A DNA stretch of 63,634 nt, filler included, from Thermodesulfobacteriota bacterium (GCA_036381125.1; 7 parts of 7 records of this genome joined end to end with filler, not necessarily neighbours in it), one strand, 5' to 3'; shown: positions 34,273 to 44,882, counted from the first letter of the whole stretch. Notes: generated from the sequence alone by a model not told the origin. A program made the numbers and translations.

Positions 34273-35278
34273 CCGGGCGGGCTGCCGGTGGGTGCTCGGG
34301 GCGAGGCGGCGGGGAGTCGGGGCGCGCGCCCGGCTCCCGGCGTACGGGGGGCGACCCGGGGGGCGCGCTCTGCGCCGCCCGCGCCGGAGCGGGCGGCGTG
34401 GGGGCCGACTCCCGTGTCGCGCCGGGTGCAGGGTGTGCCGGCTCTCGTGCCGCTCCGCGCGCGGCGGCTGCCGGCTCCCGTGTCGGCGACGGAGAGGGCG
34501 CGTCGGGCAGCGTGGACGCGTACTCCCCGGCCCCACGCTCCGGCCGTGCCGGTCTTGCCCGGTCTGCCGGCGGCGCGTCGGGCGCGGGCGGCCGTGCGGC
34601 GTGAGCGGGCGGGGGCGGGACCGCGGGGCGCGCCGGGCGGTCGAGGTTGCCGGCCGCCGGGGTCGGCGCCGGCCCCGCGGGTGCGTCGGGTTCCGGCGCG
34701 GCCGGCCGCGCGCCGGAGGCGGGCCGGGACGGCGCCGGGTCGACCCGTGCGCCCGGCCGTGCCGCGGTGTCCGACTCCGCTGCCGTGCCGAGGCGTCTGC
34801 CGGGCGGAAGCGGAAGGTCCAGCGGTTCGTCCGTCTCGAGTATCCGGCGCGCGTCGAGGACGACGAGGAGGTCCTCGCCGTCGCCGACGAGGCAGCCGCG
34901 GACGATCGGGCTCGTGACCGGCCGCGGCAGGGGCGCGAGCCCGCCCGCGCCCACCGGGCGGCTGCCGACCACCTCGTCCACCGTGAGGCCGGCCAGCCCC
35001 CCGCTGATGCGCACGACGAGCGTGCGGCGCGCCTCGGGACGCGGCGGAGGGGGCGGCTCGGCGCCGGCCGGCAGCCGGAAGCGGCGCGAGAGGTCGACGA
35101 CCGGCAGGATGCCGTCGCGATAGCGGACGATGCCCTCGACGAACGGGGCGCTGCCGGGCGCGCGAACGGCGGTCCGGTGCGGGACGATCTCCTCGATGTC
35201 GTCGCCCGCGATGCCCCAGTCGAGCCCGAGCGTGCGGATGGCGAGGACGTCCCGGCTCGCCCCGGCAGGCCGCGTCAT
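34273..35278 (-). CDS. CheW-domain protein with long Pro/Ala-rich linker (3' truncated)
   Basis: IEEIV...APFVEGIVRYRDGILPVVDLSRRF...GLTVDEV...LVVLDARRIL (CheW), then a low-complexity tail into the gap. Confidence 0.75.
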
Positions 35279-35516
35279 GCCGGCCGGCGCGTCCCGGGCA
35301 GGCCGCACCGCCGCCCGGCCCGGCGCAGGGGGTCGATACGGCGCGCCGACGCCAGGTCGCGCCGCGCGGCAGGGAGGCGTCCGGTCGGCATGCGATGGGT
35401 GTCCCCCTCGAGGCCGGCGGCATCGTAAGTGGGCGAGCCGCCGCCTGTCAATCGTGTTCGGCCCGCGGCCGGCCGGCCGCGCGGCGCGGCCGGGCAGGCG
35501 CCCGCTCCTGTGAGAA

Positions 35517-35563
35517 CCACAATACATAGCGGTACCATTCGTGAAAAGAGCCACAGCTAGTGG
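35517..35563. promoter_or_regulatory. Tandem NrdR boxes upstream of nrdJ
   Basis: CCACAATACATAGCGG (35517-35532) and GAGCCACAGCTAGTGG (35548-35563), 31 bp apart, both fit acaCwAtATaTwGtgt; TTGACA at 35571. Confidence 0.8.
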
Positions 35564-35763
35564 GATGGGCTTGACAGCAACCGGGCCCTTGACGCAGACT
35601 CGTCGGCACCCCCTGGGCCCGGGGGCTTCACCCCTCGCGACCACTCGACAGGTCGACCCGGTCACGCACGTGGCGCAGGCGCCGTGCCGCCGCCTGCTGC
35701 CGTGGTGGACGCGTGGCGTGGCGGCGAGGGCGACGCGAACCCTCTCAGTGGAGGTATCCGACA

Positions 35764-38700
35764 GTGCCGAAAGCGCCCGTGAGCGAGGAGAAGAAGGGGA
35801 CCCAGACGGCCAGGACGAGCCAGGAGGTCCCGGCTCCCGATGGTGCCGCGCCTCGCCGAGGGATCAGCGTCGCGCGCCGATTCACGGTGAAGGGCCGGCA
35901 CCCGTTCGACACTGTCGAGTGGGAACTCCGGACGGCCGTGATCACCAACGAGAAGGGCGAGGTCGTCTTCGAGCAGAAGGGGATCGAGTTCCCGAAGTTC
36001 TGGAGCCAGATGGCGACGAACGTCGTCGCCTCCAAGTACTTCCGCGGGCCGCTCGGCTCGCCCGAGCGCGAGCGCAGCGTCCGCCAGCTCATCGGGCGGG
36101 TCGTCCGGCGCATCCGCGAGTGGGGCGAGGCGGGGGGCTACTTCGCCACGCCGGACGACGCCGAGGCGTTCGCCGACGAGCTGACCCACATCCTCCTCCA
36201 CCAGCAGATGGCCTTCAACAGCCCCGTCTGGTTCAACCTCGGCGTGCCCGACACCCGGCAGCAGGTCTCGGCCTGCTTCATCAACTCCGTCGAGGACACG
36301 ATGGAGTCGATCCTCGAGCTGGCCAAGACCGAGGGGATGCTCTTCAAGGGCGGCTCGGGCACCGGCACGAACTTCTCCACGATCCGCTCCTCCAGGGAGC
36401 CGCTGGCCGGCGGCGGCACCGCCTCCGGGCCGGTCTCCTTCATGCGCGGCTACGACAGCTTCGCCGGCGTCATCAAGAGCGGCGGCAAGACGCGGCGCGC
36501 GGCCAAGATGGTCATCCTCAACGCCGACCACCCGGACATCGTCGAGTTCATCCGCTGCAAGATGGACGAGGAGAAGAAGGCCTGGGCCCTCATCGACGCC
36601 GGCTACGAGGGCGGCTTCAACGTGATGGGCGGCGCCTACGACTCCATCCAGTTCCAGAACGCCAACCACTCGGTCCGGGCCACCGACGAGTTCATGCGGG
36701 CGGCCGTCGAGGACCGCGAGTGGGTGACGAAGGCCGTGACGACCGGCGAGCCGATGGAGCGGCACCGGGCAAGGGAGCTGCTGCGCCTCATCGCCGAGAG
36801 CACCTGGGTCTGCGGCGACCCGGGGATGCAGTTCGACACGACGATCAACGACTGGCACACCTGCATCAACACCGACCGGATCCACGCGAGCAATCCGTGC
36901 GTCACGGGTGACACGCTCGTGGGGACCGCCGACGGGTGGCAGCGGATCGACGCCCTCGTCGGCCGGTCGGCTCGGGTCATCGGCGCCGACGGCCAGCCGC
37001 ACTTCGTGACGCGCATCTTCCCGACGGGCCGCAAGCCGGTCTTCCGGCTTCGCACCCGGGCCGGCTACGAGGTTCGCATCACGGGCAACCACAAGGTGCT
37101 CACGGTGGAGCGCGGGGACGTCCCGGTCGAGGATCTCGCCATCGGCGAGCGCATCCACCTCGCCGGCGCGGGCTTCGGCCGGCGGACGCTCCCCTCCGCG
37201 ACCGCGCTCGCCGTCGGCGTGGCGGTGGGCGACGGCTGCCTTTCGCGCACGACCCACGCGAGCAGCGTCCAGGAGATCGTCACGCTCACCATGGCGGCCG
37301 CCGAGGCAGGGGTCCTGCGGACCATCGCCGAGGCGCTCAACGAGGAGACCGCCTCTCTGGCCGCGGTCGGAGCCGACGGTCGAAGCGGCCGCCCGGTTCA
37401 CGTGCGGGTGAACGGGAACGGCGCGAGGCTCGCGTTCTCCTCCCGGCGAGCCGTCGAGACGTTCAAGAGCCTCGCCGTGCTCGACGAGGGATCGGATCGC
37501 AAGCGGTTCCTCCCGGCGGTGTTCGATCTCGATCGGGCCTCCCTCGCCGCGATGCTGCGAGGCCTCTTCACGGCCGACGGGACGGTTGCCAACTACGGCG
37601 AGAAGAGCCAGTACGTCTCGCTCGACTCGACGTCGCTCGAGCTGCTCAAGCAGGTCCAGGTGCTCCTGCTCGGATTCGGCATCAAGTCCAGGCTCTACAC
37701 CGAGCGCCGGGCCGGCGTCACGGCCGCCATCCTGCCGGACGGGCAGGGCGGGGCCCGGCGCTACCCGGTCGTCGAGATGCACTCGCTCCGGATCAGCCGC
37801 GCCTCGCGGTTCGTCTTCGAGCGCGAGATCGGCTTCGATCCCGCGAGCCCGAAGGCCGCGGCTCTGGCCCGGCTCAACGCCGAGGTCGGCGCGTACCGGG
37901 ACGAGATGACGGACGCCGTCGCCTCGATCGAGCCGCTCGGCGAGGAGGACGTCTTCGACCTCACCGAGCCGGTGACGTCGCACTTCGTGGCGAACGGGCT
38001 CGTCGTGCACAACTGCTCCGAGTACATGCACCTCAACGACTCGGCCTGCAACCTCGCGTCGCTGAACCTCATGCGGTTCGTCGACGAGCAGGGCGAGTTC
38101 GACGTCGAGGCGTTCAAGCACGCCTCGGCCATCACGATCACGGCCATGGAGATCCTGGTCGGCTTCGCGGACTACCCGACGCCGAAGATCGCGAAGAACG
38201 CCCACGCGTTCCGCCAGCTCGGCATCGGCTTCGCGAACCTCGGCGCCCTGCTGATGGCGCGCGGCCTGCCGTACGACAGCGACGCCGGCCGACACTACGC
38301 GGGGGCGATCGCGGCCCTCATGAGCGGCAACTGCTACGCCCAGTCGGCGAGGATCGCCTCGGTCCTGGGGCCGTTCGACGGCTACGCCGTCAACCGCGAG
38401 CCGATGCTGCGGGTCATGGAGAAGCACCGCGCGGCCGTCGGCAAGATCAGCCCGATGCACGTACCGCTCGACCTCCTCGGGGCCGCGCGTCAGGCGTGGG
38501 ACGAGGCGCTCGAGCTGGGCCGGCAGCACGGCTACCGGAACTCGCAGATCTCGGTCATCGCGCCGACCGGGACCATCGCGTTCATGATGGACTGCGACAC
38601 GACCGGCATCGAGCCCGACATCGCCCTGGTGAAGTACAAGAAGCTCGTGGGGGGCGGCGTCCTCAAGATCGTCAACAACACGGTGCCGGTGGCGCTCAGG

Positions 38701-39717
38701 CGGCTCGGGTACGACGACCCGCAGATCAAGGCGATCGTCGAGTACATCGACGAGAACGGCACCATCGAGGGGGCGCCGGAACTCGACCCGGCCGACCTGC
38801 CGGTCTTCGACTGCGCCTTCCGCCCGACCAACGGCACGCGGTCGATCCACTACATGGGGCACCTCAAGATGATGGCGGCGGTCCAGCCCTTCATCTCGGG
38901 CGCCATCAGCAAGACGATCAACGTGCCGAACGAGGCGTCGGTCGACGAGATCATGCAGGCTTACATCGAGGCCTGGCGGCTCGGCCTCAAGGCGGTGGCC
39001 ATCTACCGCGACGGCAGCAAGCGGAGCCAGCCGCTCTCGACCTCGAAGGACAAGGAGAAGAGCGAGGAGGCGCCCGTCGCGCGCCCGGTGCGCCGCAAGC
39101 TGCCGGACGAGCGGGCCTCGATCACCCACAAGTTCTCCATCGCCGGCCACGAGGGCTACATCACGGTCGGCATGTACGAGGACGGGCAGCCGGGCGAGAT
39201 CTTCGTGGTGATGGCCAAGGAGGGCTCGGTCGTCTCGGGCCTCATGGACTCCTTCGCGACCGCCATCTCGCTCGCCCTGCAGTACGGGGTCCCGCTCAAG
39301 GTGCTCGTGGACAAGTTCAGCCACACGCGCTTCGAGCCGGCCGGGTTCACGACCAACCCGCAGATCCCGATGGCCAAGTCGATCATGGACTACATCTTCC
39401 GCTGGCTCGCCTCGAAGTTCCTCGCGAAGAGCGACCAGCAGGCGGTGGGCCTGATCGAGCGGGAGACGGCGGAGACGCCGGCCCCTCCCGCCCTGCCGGC
39501 CGGGCCATCGGCTTCGCCGGCGCGGGAGCAGGCGGGCGGCCAGCCCGGCGCCCGGGCGAAGGTGTTCGAGCTCCGGGTCAAGGACACGTCGGAGCGGACG
39601 ATCACCTTCCAGAACCAGGACGACGCCCCCTCCTGCCCGGACTGCGGCGGCCTCATGGTGAGGAACGGCGCCTGCTACAAGTGCCTGAACTGCGGCTCGA
39701 CCTCGGGGTGCAGCTAG
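35764..39717 (+). CDS. nrdJ: Class II (adenosylcobalamin-dependent) ribonucleotide reductase, intein-containing
   Basis: FNSPVWFN, SACFI, GGKTRRAAKM, ASNP|CSEY, SACNLAS, IAPTGTI, ISKTIN, YRDGSK; C-terminal TSCPD domain and CxxC...CxxC zinc ribbon. Confidence 0.95.
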   Translation: MPKAPVSEEKKGTQTARTSQEVPAPDGAAPRRGISVARRFTVKGRHPFDTVEWELRTAVITNEKGEVVFEQKGIEFPKFWSQMATNVVASKYFRGPLGSPERERSVRQLIGRVVRRIREWGEAGGYFATPDDAEAFADELTHILLHQQMAFNSPVWFNLGVPDTRQQVSACFINSVEDTMESILELAKTEGMLFKGGSGTGTNFSTIRSSREPLAGGGTASGPVSFMRGYDSFAGVIKSGGKTRRAAKMVILNADHPDIVEFIRCKMDEEKKAWALIDAGYEGGFNVMGGAYDSIQFQNANHSVRATDEFMRAAVEDREWVTKAVTTGEPMERHRARELLRLIAESTWVCGDPGMQFDTTINDWHTCINTDRIHASNPCVTGDTLVGTADGWQRIDALVGRSARVIGADGQPHFVTRIFPTGRKPVFRLRTRAGYEVRITGNHKVLTVERGDVPVEDLAIGERIHLAGAGFGRRTLPSATALAVGVAVGDGCLSRTTHASSVQEIVTLTMAAAEAGVLRTIAEALNEETASLAAVGADGRSGRPVHVRVNGNGARLAFSSRRAVETFKSLAVLDEGSDRKRFLPAVFDLDRASLAAMLRGLFTADGTVANYGEKSQYVSLDSTSLELLKQVQVLLLGFGIKSRLYTERRAGVTAAILPDGQGGARRYPVVEMHSLRISRASRFVFEREIGFDPASPKAAALARLNAEVGAYRDEMTDAVASIEPLGEEDVFDLTEPVTSHFVANGLVVHNCSEYMHLNDSACNLASLNLMRFVDEQGEFDVEAFKHASAITITAMEILVGFADYPTPKIAKNAHAFRQLGIGFANLGALLMARGLPYDSDAGRHYAGAIAALMSGNCYAQSARIASVLGPFDGYAVNREPMLRVMEKHRAAVGKISPMHVPLDLLGAARQAWDEALELGRQHGYRNSQISVIAPTGTIAFMMDCDTTGIEPDIALVKYKKLVGGGVLKIVNNTVPVALRRLGYDDPQIKAIVEYIDENGTIEGAPELDPADLPVFDCAFRPTNGTRSIHYMGHLKMMAAVQPFISGAISKTINVPNEASVDEIMQAYIEAWRLGLKAVAIYRDGSKRSQPLSTSKDKEKSEEAPVARPVRRKLPDERASITHKFSIAGHEGYITVGMYEDGQPGEIFVVMAKEGSVVSGLMDSFATAISLALQYGVPLKVLVDKFSHTRFEPAGFTTNPQIPMAKSIMDYIFRWLASKFLAKSDQQAVGLIERETAETPAPPALPAGPSASPAREQAGGQPGARAKVFELRVKDTSERTITFQNQDDAPSCPDCGGLMVRNGACYKCLNCGSTSGCS
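36898..38013 (+). mobile_element. Intein (372 aa) with LAGLIDADG homing endonuclease
   Basis: Starts CVTGDT; block B ITGNHKV; LAGLIDADG helices VGVAVGDG and LRGLFTADG; ends VVHN followed by Cys. Removing it restores NPCSE. Confidence 0.95.
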
Positions 39718-39989
39718 GGGGCCAGCCCGCCCGGAGGGAGGCCACGCTCTGCCGGGCCTCCCGATGACCCGGGGAGGTTGAAACTCAACCTGATCACGGC
39801 CGACTGTGGTTCGGCCGGCATGTGGCACGGCGCCCCGCCGGGAGGAGCGACCCGGCGGGGCGTTCTCGTTCCACGGGTCCATCCCTCGGGCTCTCCCCAG
39901 CCGGCCGAGGCGCAATCGGTTCGGGGTAGAGCAGCCGGTCCGGAGGGAGGCCAGGCGCTGCCGGGCCGACCGACGAGCCGGGGAGGGTG

Positions 39990-41449
39990 TCAGGAGGGGG
40001 GCGGAGCCTCTCTCCTGACGCCGATGCAGAGCGCGGCTCCCCCCGCGCCGGCCGCCGTCGCCGCGCAGAGCAGCATCACCCAACGGAACGCCTCCAGGAA
40101 CGCCTCGTCGATCGCCTGTTCGAGGGCGGCGCGCTGCTCGTGGGACACCCGGTCGGGCACCCGCGCCCCGGCGAGCCGCGTTGCCTCGGCCACGACCGCA
40201 CGTGCCGCCTCGGGCGGCACGGGGAGGGCGGCGACCCGCCGCTCGAGCGCTGGACCGAAGACGGCAAGCGCCTGGACGCTGGACACGGCCACGGCGATCA
40301 GCGACCCGAGGCGAGTCACGGCGTTGTTGACGCCTGCCGCGATGCCGGCCCGCGACTCGCCGTGCGCGCTCATCACGGCGGTCGTGAGCGGCGCGTCGGT
40401 GACGGCGACGCCGAGGCCGAGCACGACCAGGGGCGGGAAGAAGGTGGTCCAGTACGAGCCGCCGATCCCGGCCCACGCGAAGCCGGCAAAGCCGAGGGCC
40501 GAGACGAGCGGCCCGACGACGAGCGGCAGCCGGTCGCCGTAGCGGTCGCGGACCCTCCCTGCCCAGCGGGACAGAAGGGCCAGGACGAGGGTGGCGGGGA
40601 GGAGGGCCGTGCCGGTGGCGGTGGCCGAGTAGCCCTGGACCTGGACCAGGTTGAACGGGAGGAAGAACATCGCCGTCCCGAGCGCGCCGTAGAGGAGGAA
40701 GGTCAGGACGTTCAGCGCGGTGAACGTCCGCGACCGGAAGAGCCCGAGCGGCATCATCGGCGCGGGGGCCTGCGCCTCGACGGCGAGGAAGCCGGCGAGG
40801 AGGACGAGCCCGGTGACGAACGCCGGAGGCGACCCCTCGATGAGACCGTAGGTCACGCTCCCGAACCCCGCGACGGCGAGGAGCGCCCCGCGCAGATCGA
40901 GCGGCCCCGCGGCGACGTCGGCCCGGCTTTCGGGCACGTATCGGCGCGTCAGGATCACGCTCGCGATCGCGACCGGCACGGCGACGAGGAAGACGGCCCG
41001 CCAGGAGACGGCATCGACGAGCGCGCCGCCCAGGAGCCTCCCGGCCGCGGTCACGATGGCCGCAGCGGCGGTCCAGGTGCCGATGATGAGGCCCCGCCGC
41101 CCGGGCGGGGCCGTGGACGTGACGATGGCAAGGCTCACCGGGATGACCAGGGCCGCTCCGAGGCCCTGGAGCGCGCGCGCGGCGAGGAGGACCGGCACGT
41201 TCGGCGCGAGCCCGCAGGCGACCGACGCGACGGCGAAGAGCCCGACGCCGAGCGTGAAGACCAGCCGCCGGCCGAACCGGTCGCCGACGGCGCCGCCGAC
41301 GAGGATGAGCGCTCCGAGGACGAGCATGTAGCTGTTGACGACCCACTGCATGGCGCGCGCGTCGGCAGCGAGCGCCCGTTGCATGGCCGGCAGGGCGACG
41401 TTCGTGGTGGACGCCTCGAGGAACTCCAGGCTCGAGCCGAGGAAGATCG
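39990..41449 (-). CDS. DHA2-type MFS drug-efflux transporter (5' truncated)
   Basis: NVALPAMQ, QWVVNSY, GDRFGRR, ARALQGLGAA, PMMPLGLFRSR. Confidence 0.9.
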
Positions 41450-41549
41450 NNNNNNNNNNNNNNNNNNNNNNNNNNNNNNNNNNNNNNNNNNNNTTAATTA
41501 ATTAANNNNNNNNNNNNNNNNNNNNNNNNNNNNNNNNNNNNNNNNNNNN
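41450..41549. other. Artificial contig linker
   Basis: N44-TTAATTAATTAA-N44. Confidence 0.98.
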
Positions 41550-42767
41550 CGCGGTCCCCTGCACGGGATCCCCGTGCTCATTAAGGACGCCAACGAGACC
41601 GCCGACATGCCCACCAGCTATGGCAGCATGGCGATGGTCGGCTTCGAGTCCGGGTCCGACGCGGTGGCCGTCGAGCGGCTGCGCAAGGCCGGGATGATCG
41701 TCATCGGCAAGACCAACTCCCCGGAGTTCGGGCTGCGGCCCACCACTTCCAACGGGGAGTGGGGTCCAACGCGCAACCCGTGGGACACAAGCCGCACCGC
41801 CGGCGGGTCCAGCGGCGGCGCCGCGGCCGCGCTCGCGCTGGGCATGGTCCCGGTCGCGCAGGGCAGCGACGGCGGCGGCTCCTGCCGCATCCCGGCCTCC
41901 TGCTGCGGCGTCGTGGGCCTCAAGCCGACGCTCGGCACGGTGCCGCACGGTCAGCCGCCCGACCTCTTCGGGACCGTGTCGTACGTCGGGCCGATGACGC
42001 GGACCGTCGCCGATGCGGCGCTCATGCTGGCCGTCATGGCCGGACCGGACGAGGCCGACCCGCACTCGCTCGGCCGGACGCCGGATGACTACCTGGGAGC
42101 CGCGACGGCCGGTCGCCTCGACGGGCTGCGCATCGCGTGGATGCCCACGGTGGGCAACCGGGCGGTGGACCGGGAGGTGAAGGCGCTCTGCGAGCAGGCC
42201 GTGCGACGGCTCGAGCGAGCGGGGGCGTACGCGGAGGCGGCCGAGGTGGACCTGACGCCGTGCGAGGCGATCTTCCTCACGCTCTCGCGCGCGACCAACT
42301 TCAGCCGCTTCGGCGACCGCCTGCCCGAGTGGCGCGATCGTCTCGACGCGTCGCTCGTCGACTCGATCGAGAAGGGGCGGGACCTCACGGCGGCCGACCT
42401 CGCGCGCGCCGTCTTCGCACGGTCCGACGTCTACCGGCAGGTGCAGGCGCTCTTCCGGCGCTACGACCTGCTGGCCACGCCGACCCGGAGCGCCCCCCCG
42501 CCGCCGGCCGGCCGCTCGGCCCTCGAGCCGATCGAGGTCGAGGGGAAGCCGGCCGGGTCGCTCCGCGGCGCCTGGTACCCCTACACGCTCCCGTTCAACC
42601 AGACCGGTCACCCCGCCATCTCCGTGCCGGCGGGGTTCACGGCGAGCGGCCTGCCGGTCGGGCTGCACCTCGTCGCGCCCTGGCACCAGGAGGTACGCCT
42701 CCTGCGCGCCGCAGCCCTGCTCGAGGCCGAGGCGCCATGGGCGCACCGGCGGCCGCCGGTTCCCTAG
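41550..42767 (+). CDS. Amidase signature family protein (5' truncated)
   Basis: [37 protein letters not shown]. Confidence 0.93.
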   Translation, partial: RGPLHGIPVLIKDANETADMPTSYGSMAMVGFESGSDAVAVERLRKAGMIVIGKTNSPEFGLRPTTSNGEWGPTRNPWDTSRTAGGSSGGAAAALALGMVPVAQGSDGGGSCRIPASCCGVVGLKPTLGTVPHGQPPDLFGTVSYVGPMTRTVADAALMLAVMAGPDEADPHSLGRTPDDYLGAATAGRLDGLRIAWMPTVGNRAVDREVKALCEQAVRRLERAGAYAEAAEVDLTPCEAIFLTLSRATNFSRFGDRLPEWRDRLDASLVDSIEKGRDLTAADLARAVFARSDVYRQVQALFRRYDLLATPTRSAPPPPAGRSALEPIEVEGKPAGSLRGAWYPYTLPFNQTGHPAISVPAGFTASGLPVGLHLVAPWHQEVRLLRAAALLEAEAPWAHRRPPVP

Positions 42768-42773
42768 TTCCAT

Positions 42774-42796
42774 GGGGTCAGGTCTTTCCATTTTCC
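42774..42796. repeat. Solo arm of the REP-like repeat family
   Basis: GGGGTCAGGTCTTTCCATTTTCC; its reverse complement matches 1-23 with 2 mismatches. Confidence 0.65.
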
Positions 42797-42930
42797 ACGC
42801 CGCTCCGCCCGGCCCGCCGTGTCTCGGTGTCCGCCGGCCGGCGTGTCTCGGCCGGTCTCGTCGACCGGCCCCTGCGCCAGCCGCTGGCGCCCGTGACGAA
42901 CCGACGGCGCCGGGCGTCATGTGGCGTGGT

Positions 42931-42954
42931 CCAACTCGGTCCGGACCGAGTTGG
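42931..42954. repeat. Perfect 24-bp palindrome upstream of the HNH gene
   Basis: CCAACTCGGTCC|GGACCGAGTTGG. Confidence 0.85.
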
Positions 42955-43185
42955 GCGCGCGCCGCGGCGCGCGCGTCGTTGAAGAACTCGAAGAATTCTC
43001 TTGACAGCCCGCGACGACGAGGCGGCGGCGTGGCAGAGAGCCTGCGAGAACCGACCCTGTACGGCCGGCAAGCGCCCGCCAGGCGCCGTTTCGCGGCGCG
43101 GGGGCGAGTCGAGATGGTCGGAGACGCGCGCATCGCACAGGGGCGCGCCGGGAGGCTGCTGAACCCCCCGTGATAGAAGTGAAGT

Positions 43186-44409
43186 ATGGCTCCGACGATT
43201 CGCCTCGCTTCTCTCGCCGGCCTCTCCGACGCCGACCTCCTCGCGCAGGTCGCCCGGCTCGCCGCGTGGGAGCGCGAGGCGACGGTCGCGCTGATTGCGC
43301 ACCTCGCGGAACTCGATGCCCGGCGCCTCTACCTGGCCGAGGGGTACCCGTCGCTCTTCGTCTACTGTACGCAGGCCCTGCACCTCTCCGAACACGCCGC
43401 CTACGGCCGCATCGAGGCGGCGCGCGCGGCGCGGCGCTTTCCCGTCCTTCTCGACCACCTTGCCGACGGCTCGATCACGCTCACGACGGTGACGCTCCTG
43501 GCGCCGCATCTCACGGTGGAGAATCATCGGGACCTGCTCGAGCAGGCCCGGCACAGGAGCCGGCGGGAGGTCGAGGCGCTGGTGGCGGCGTTGCGTCCCC
43601 TGCCCCCGGTACCTCCCTCGATCCGCCGGCTCCCGGTGCCGCGGACGGCACCGGCCGTGCCGCCGTCTCCGGCGCAAACGGCGGCGGCGAGCGCACCCAC
43701 GTCGGTCCCGGAGCCCCAGGCGGCCGCCTCACCGCCGCCCCCGGTACCGTCCGCAGCCGCGTCGGCGCCGGCACCGACGTCACCGGTGCCGGCCGTTGCC
43801 CCAACCCCGCCGGCGCCGCCCCCCGCACCGACGCCGCCACGGCCGCCGGTCGTGGCGCCGCTGGCACCCGACCGCTACAAGGTCCAGTTCACCGCGAGCG
43901 CCGAGACCTGCGCCAAGCTGCGGCAGGCGCAGGACCTCCTGCGCCACCAGATCCCCGACGGCGACGTGGCCCAGGTCCTCGACCGCGCGCTCACCGTCCT
44001 CGTCGACACGCTCCTCAAGCGGAAGGTCGGCGCGACCGGTCGGCCGCGGGCGGGGACGCCCCCGAGGCCGGGCTCGCGGCACATCCCGGCGGCGGTCAGG
44101 CGAGCGGTGTGGGCGCGCGACGGCGGGCGGTGCGCCTTCGTGAGCCGGCGGGGGCGCCGGTGCACCGAGCGGGGTTTTCTCGAGTTCCACCACGTGCGGC
44201 CCTACGCCGACGGCGGCCCGGCGACGGTGGAGACCATCGAGCTGCGCTGCCGGGCGCACAACGGGTACGAGGCGGAGCGGGCCGTCGGCCCCCGGGGCGC
44301 GTCGCAGGTGCGGGAGCCGGCTAGCGTCTACGTCACGGCTCGCCGGGTCACCGGCTGGCGGCGAACTCGGTTCGAACCGAGTTGGACGGCGGCGGTCCAG
44401 CCGCCGTAA
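43186..44409 (+). CDS. DUF222-like N-terminus + HNH endonuclease
   Basis: N-terminal LIAHLAELDARRLY..GYPSLF.YC; Pro-rich linker; RHIPAAVRRAVWARDGGRC...LEFHHVRPYADGG...LRCRAHN. Confidence 0.88.
   Translation: MAPTIRLASLAGLSDADLLAQVARLAAWEREATVALIAHLAELDARRLYLAEGYPSLFVYCTQALHLSEHAAYGRIEAARAARRFPVLLDHLADGSITLTTVTLLAPHLTVENHRDLLEQARHRSRREVEALVAALRPLPPVPPSIRRLPVPRTAPAVPPSPAQTAAASAPTSVPEPQAAASPPPPVPSAAASAPAPTSPVPAVAPTPPAPPPAPTPPRPPVVAPLAPDRYKVQFTASAETCAKLRQAQDLLRHQIPDGDVAQVLDRALTVLVDTLLKRKVGATGRPRAGTPPRPGSRHIPAAVRRAVWARDGGRCAFVSRRGRRCTERGFLEFHHVRPYADGGPATVETIELRCRAHNGYEAERAVGPRGASQVREPASVYVTARRVTGWRRTRFEPSWTAAVQPP
44364..44383. repeat. Perfect 20-bp palindrome at the 3' end of the HNH gene
   Basis: AACTCGGTTC|GAACCGAGTT; a compensatory variant of 42933-42952. 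Confidence 0.85.
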
Positions 44410-44588
44410 GAGGCAGACCTCGGCGCCCGGCCTCGCGCGACCACGAAGGGACCGAGCCCCGTGCCGCCGCCGAAGCCTGGGGCCGACGCCCTTGGCGAGC
44501 CGAGCCGGCGGGCGATCCACGGCGGCTCGGCCAGCTTCGCACGCGCGTCGCACCGGTTCCCGGCGCAGGCGCGCGAGCCGATTGCGCG

Positions 44589-44870
44589 TCAGCCTACGGG
44601 GTAGCCGCAGTGGCGGAACCAGCCGCGGGCGTCATCAGGGGTGATCGCCACGAGCGCCGCCGACACGACGTCGTCGAGCGCCTCGTGTGTGCGCGCCCTG
44701 GCCGCCTGCAGCGCCGTCTTCACCTTCGACCAGCAGCGCTCGATGGGGCTGAGGTCCGGCGAGTAGCGCGGTCATCGCCGCCGCGAGCCCCTCGGGGCCG
44801 AGCGCGCCAAGGACGGTCACCATCTGCCAGCGGCCCTGGGGCGCGGTGTCACGGACCCGCATCCGCCCGC
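44589..44870 (-). pseudogene. IS630-family transposase remnant with internal deletion
   Basis: RVRDTAPQGRWQMVTVLGALGPEG joined out of frame (near 44770) to YSPDLSPIERCWSKVK...ARGWFRHCGY*. Confidence 0.85.
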
Positions 44871-44882
44871 GGCGGGCCGCCG

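Noticed and set aside
35662-41346. 1894-aa minus-strand ORF, and similar giants (44382-48047, 50000-54634, 31104-34136, 18157-20514)
   Set aside because: Antisense or alternate-frame shadows of well-supported genes in high-GC DNA; Arg/Pro/Gly-rich with no motifs.
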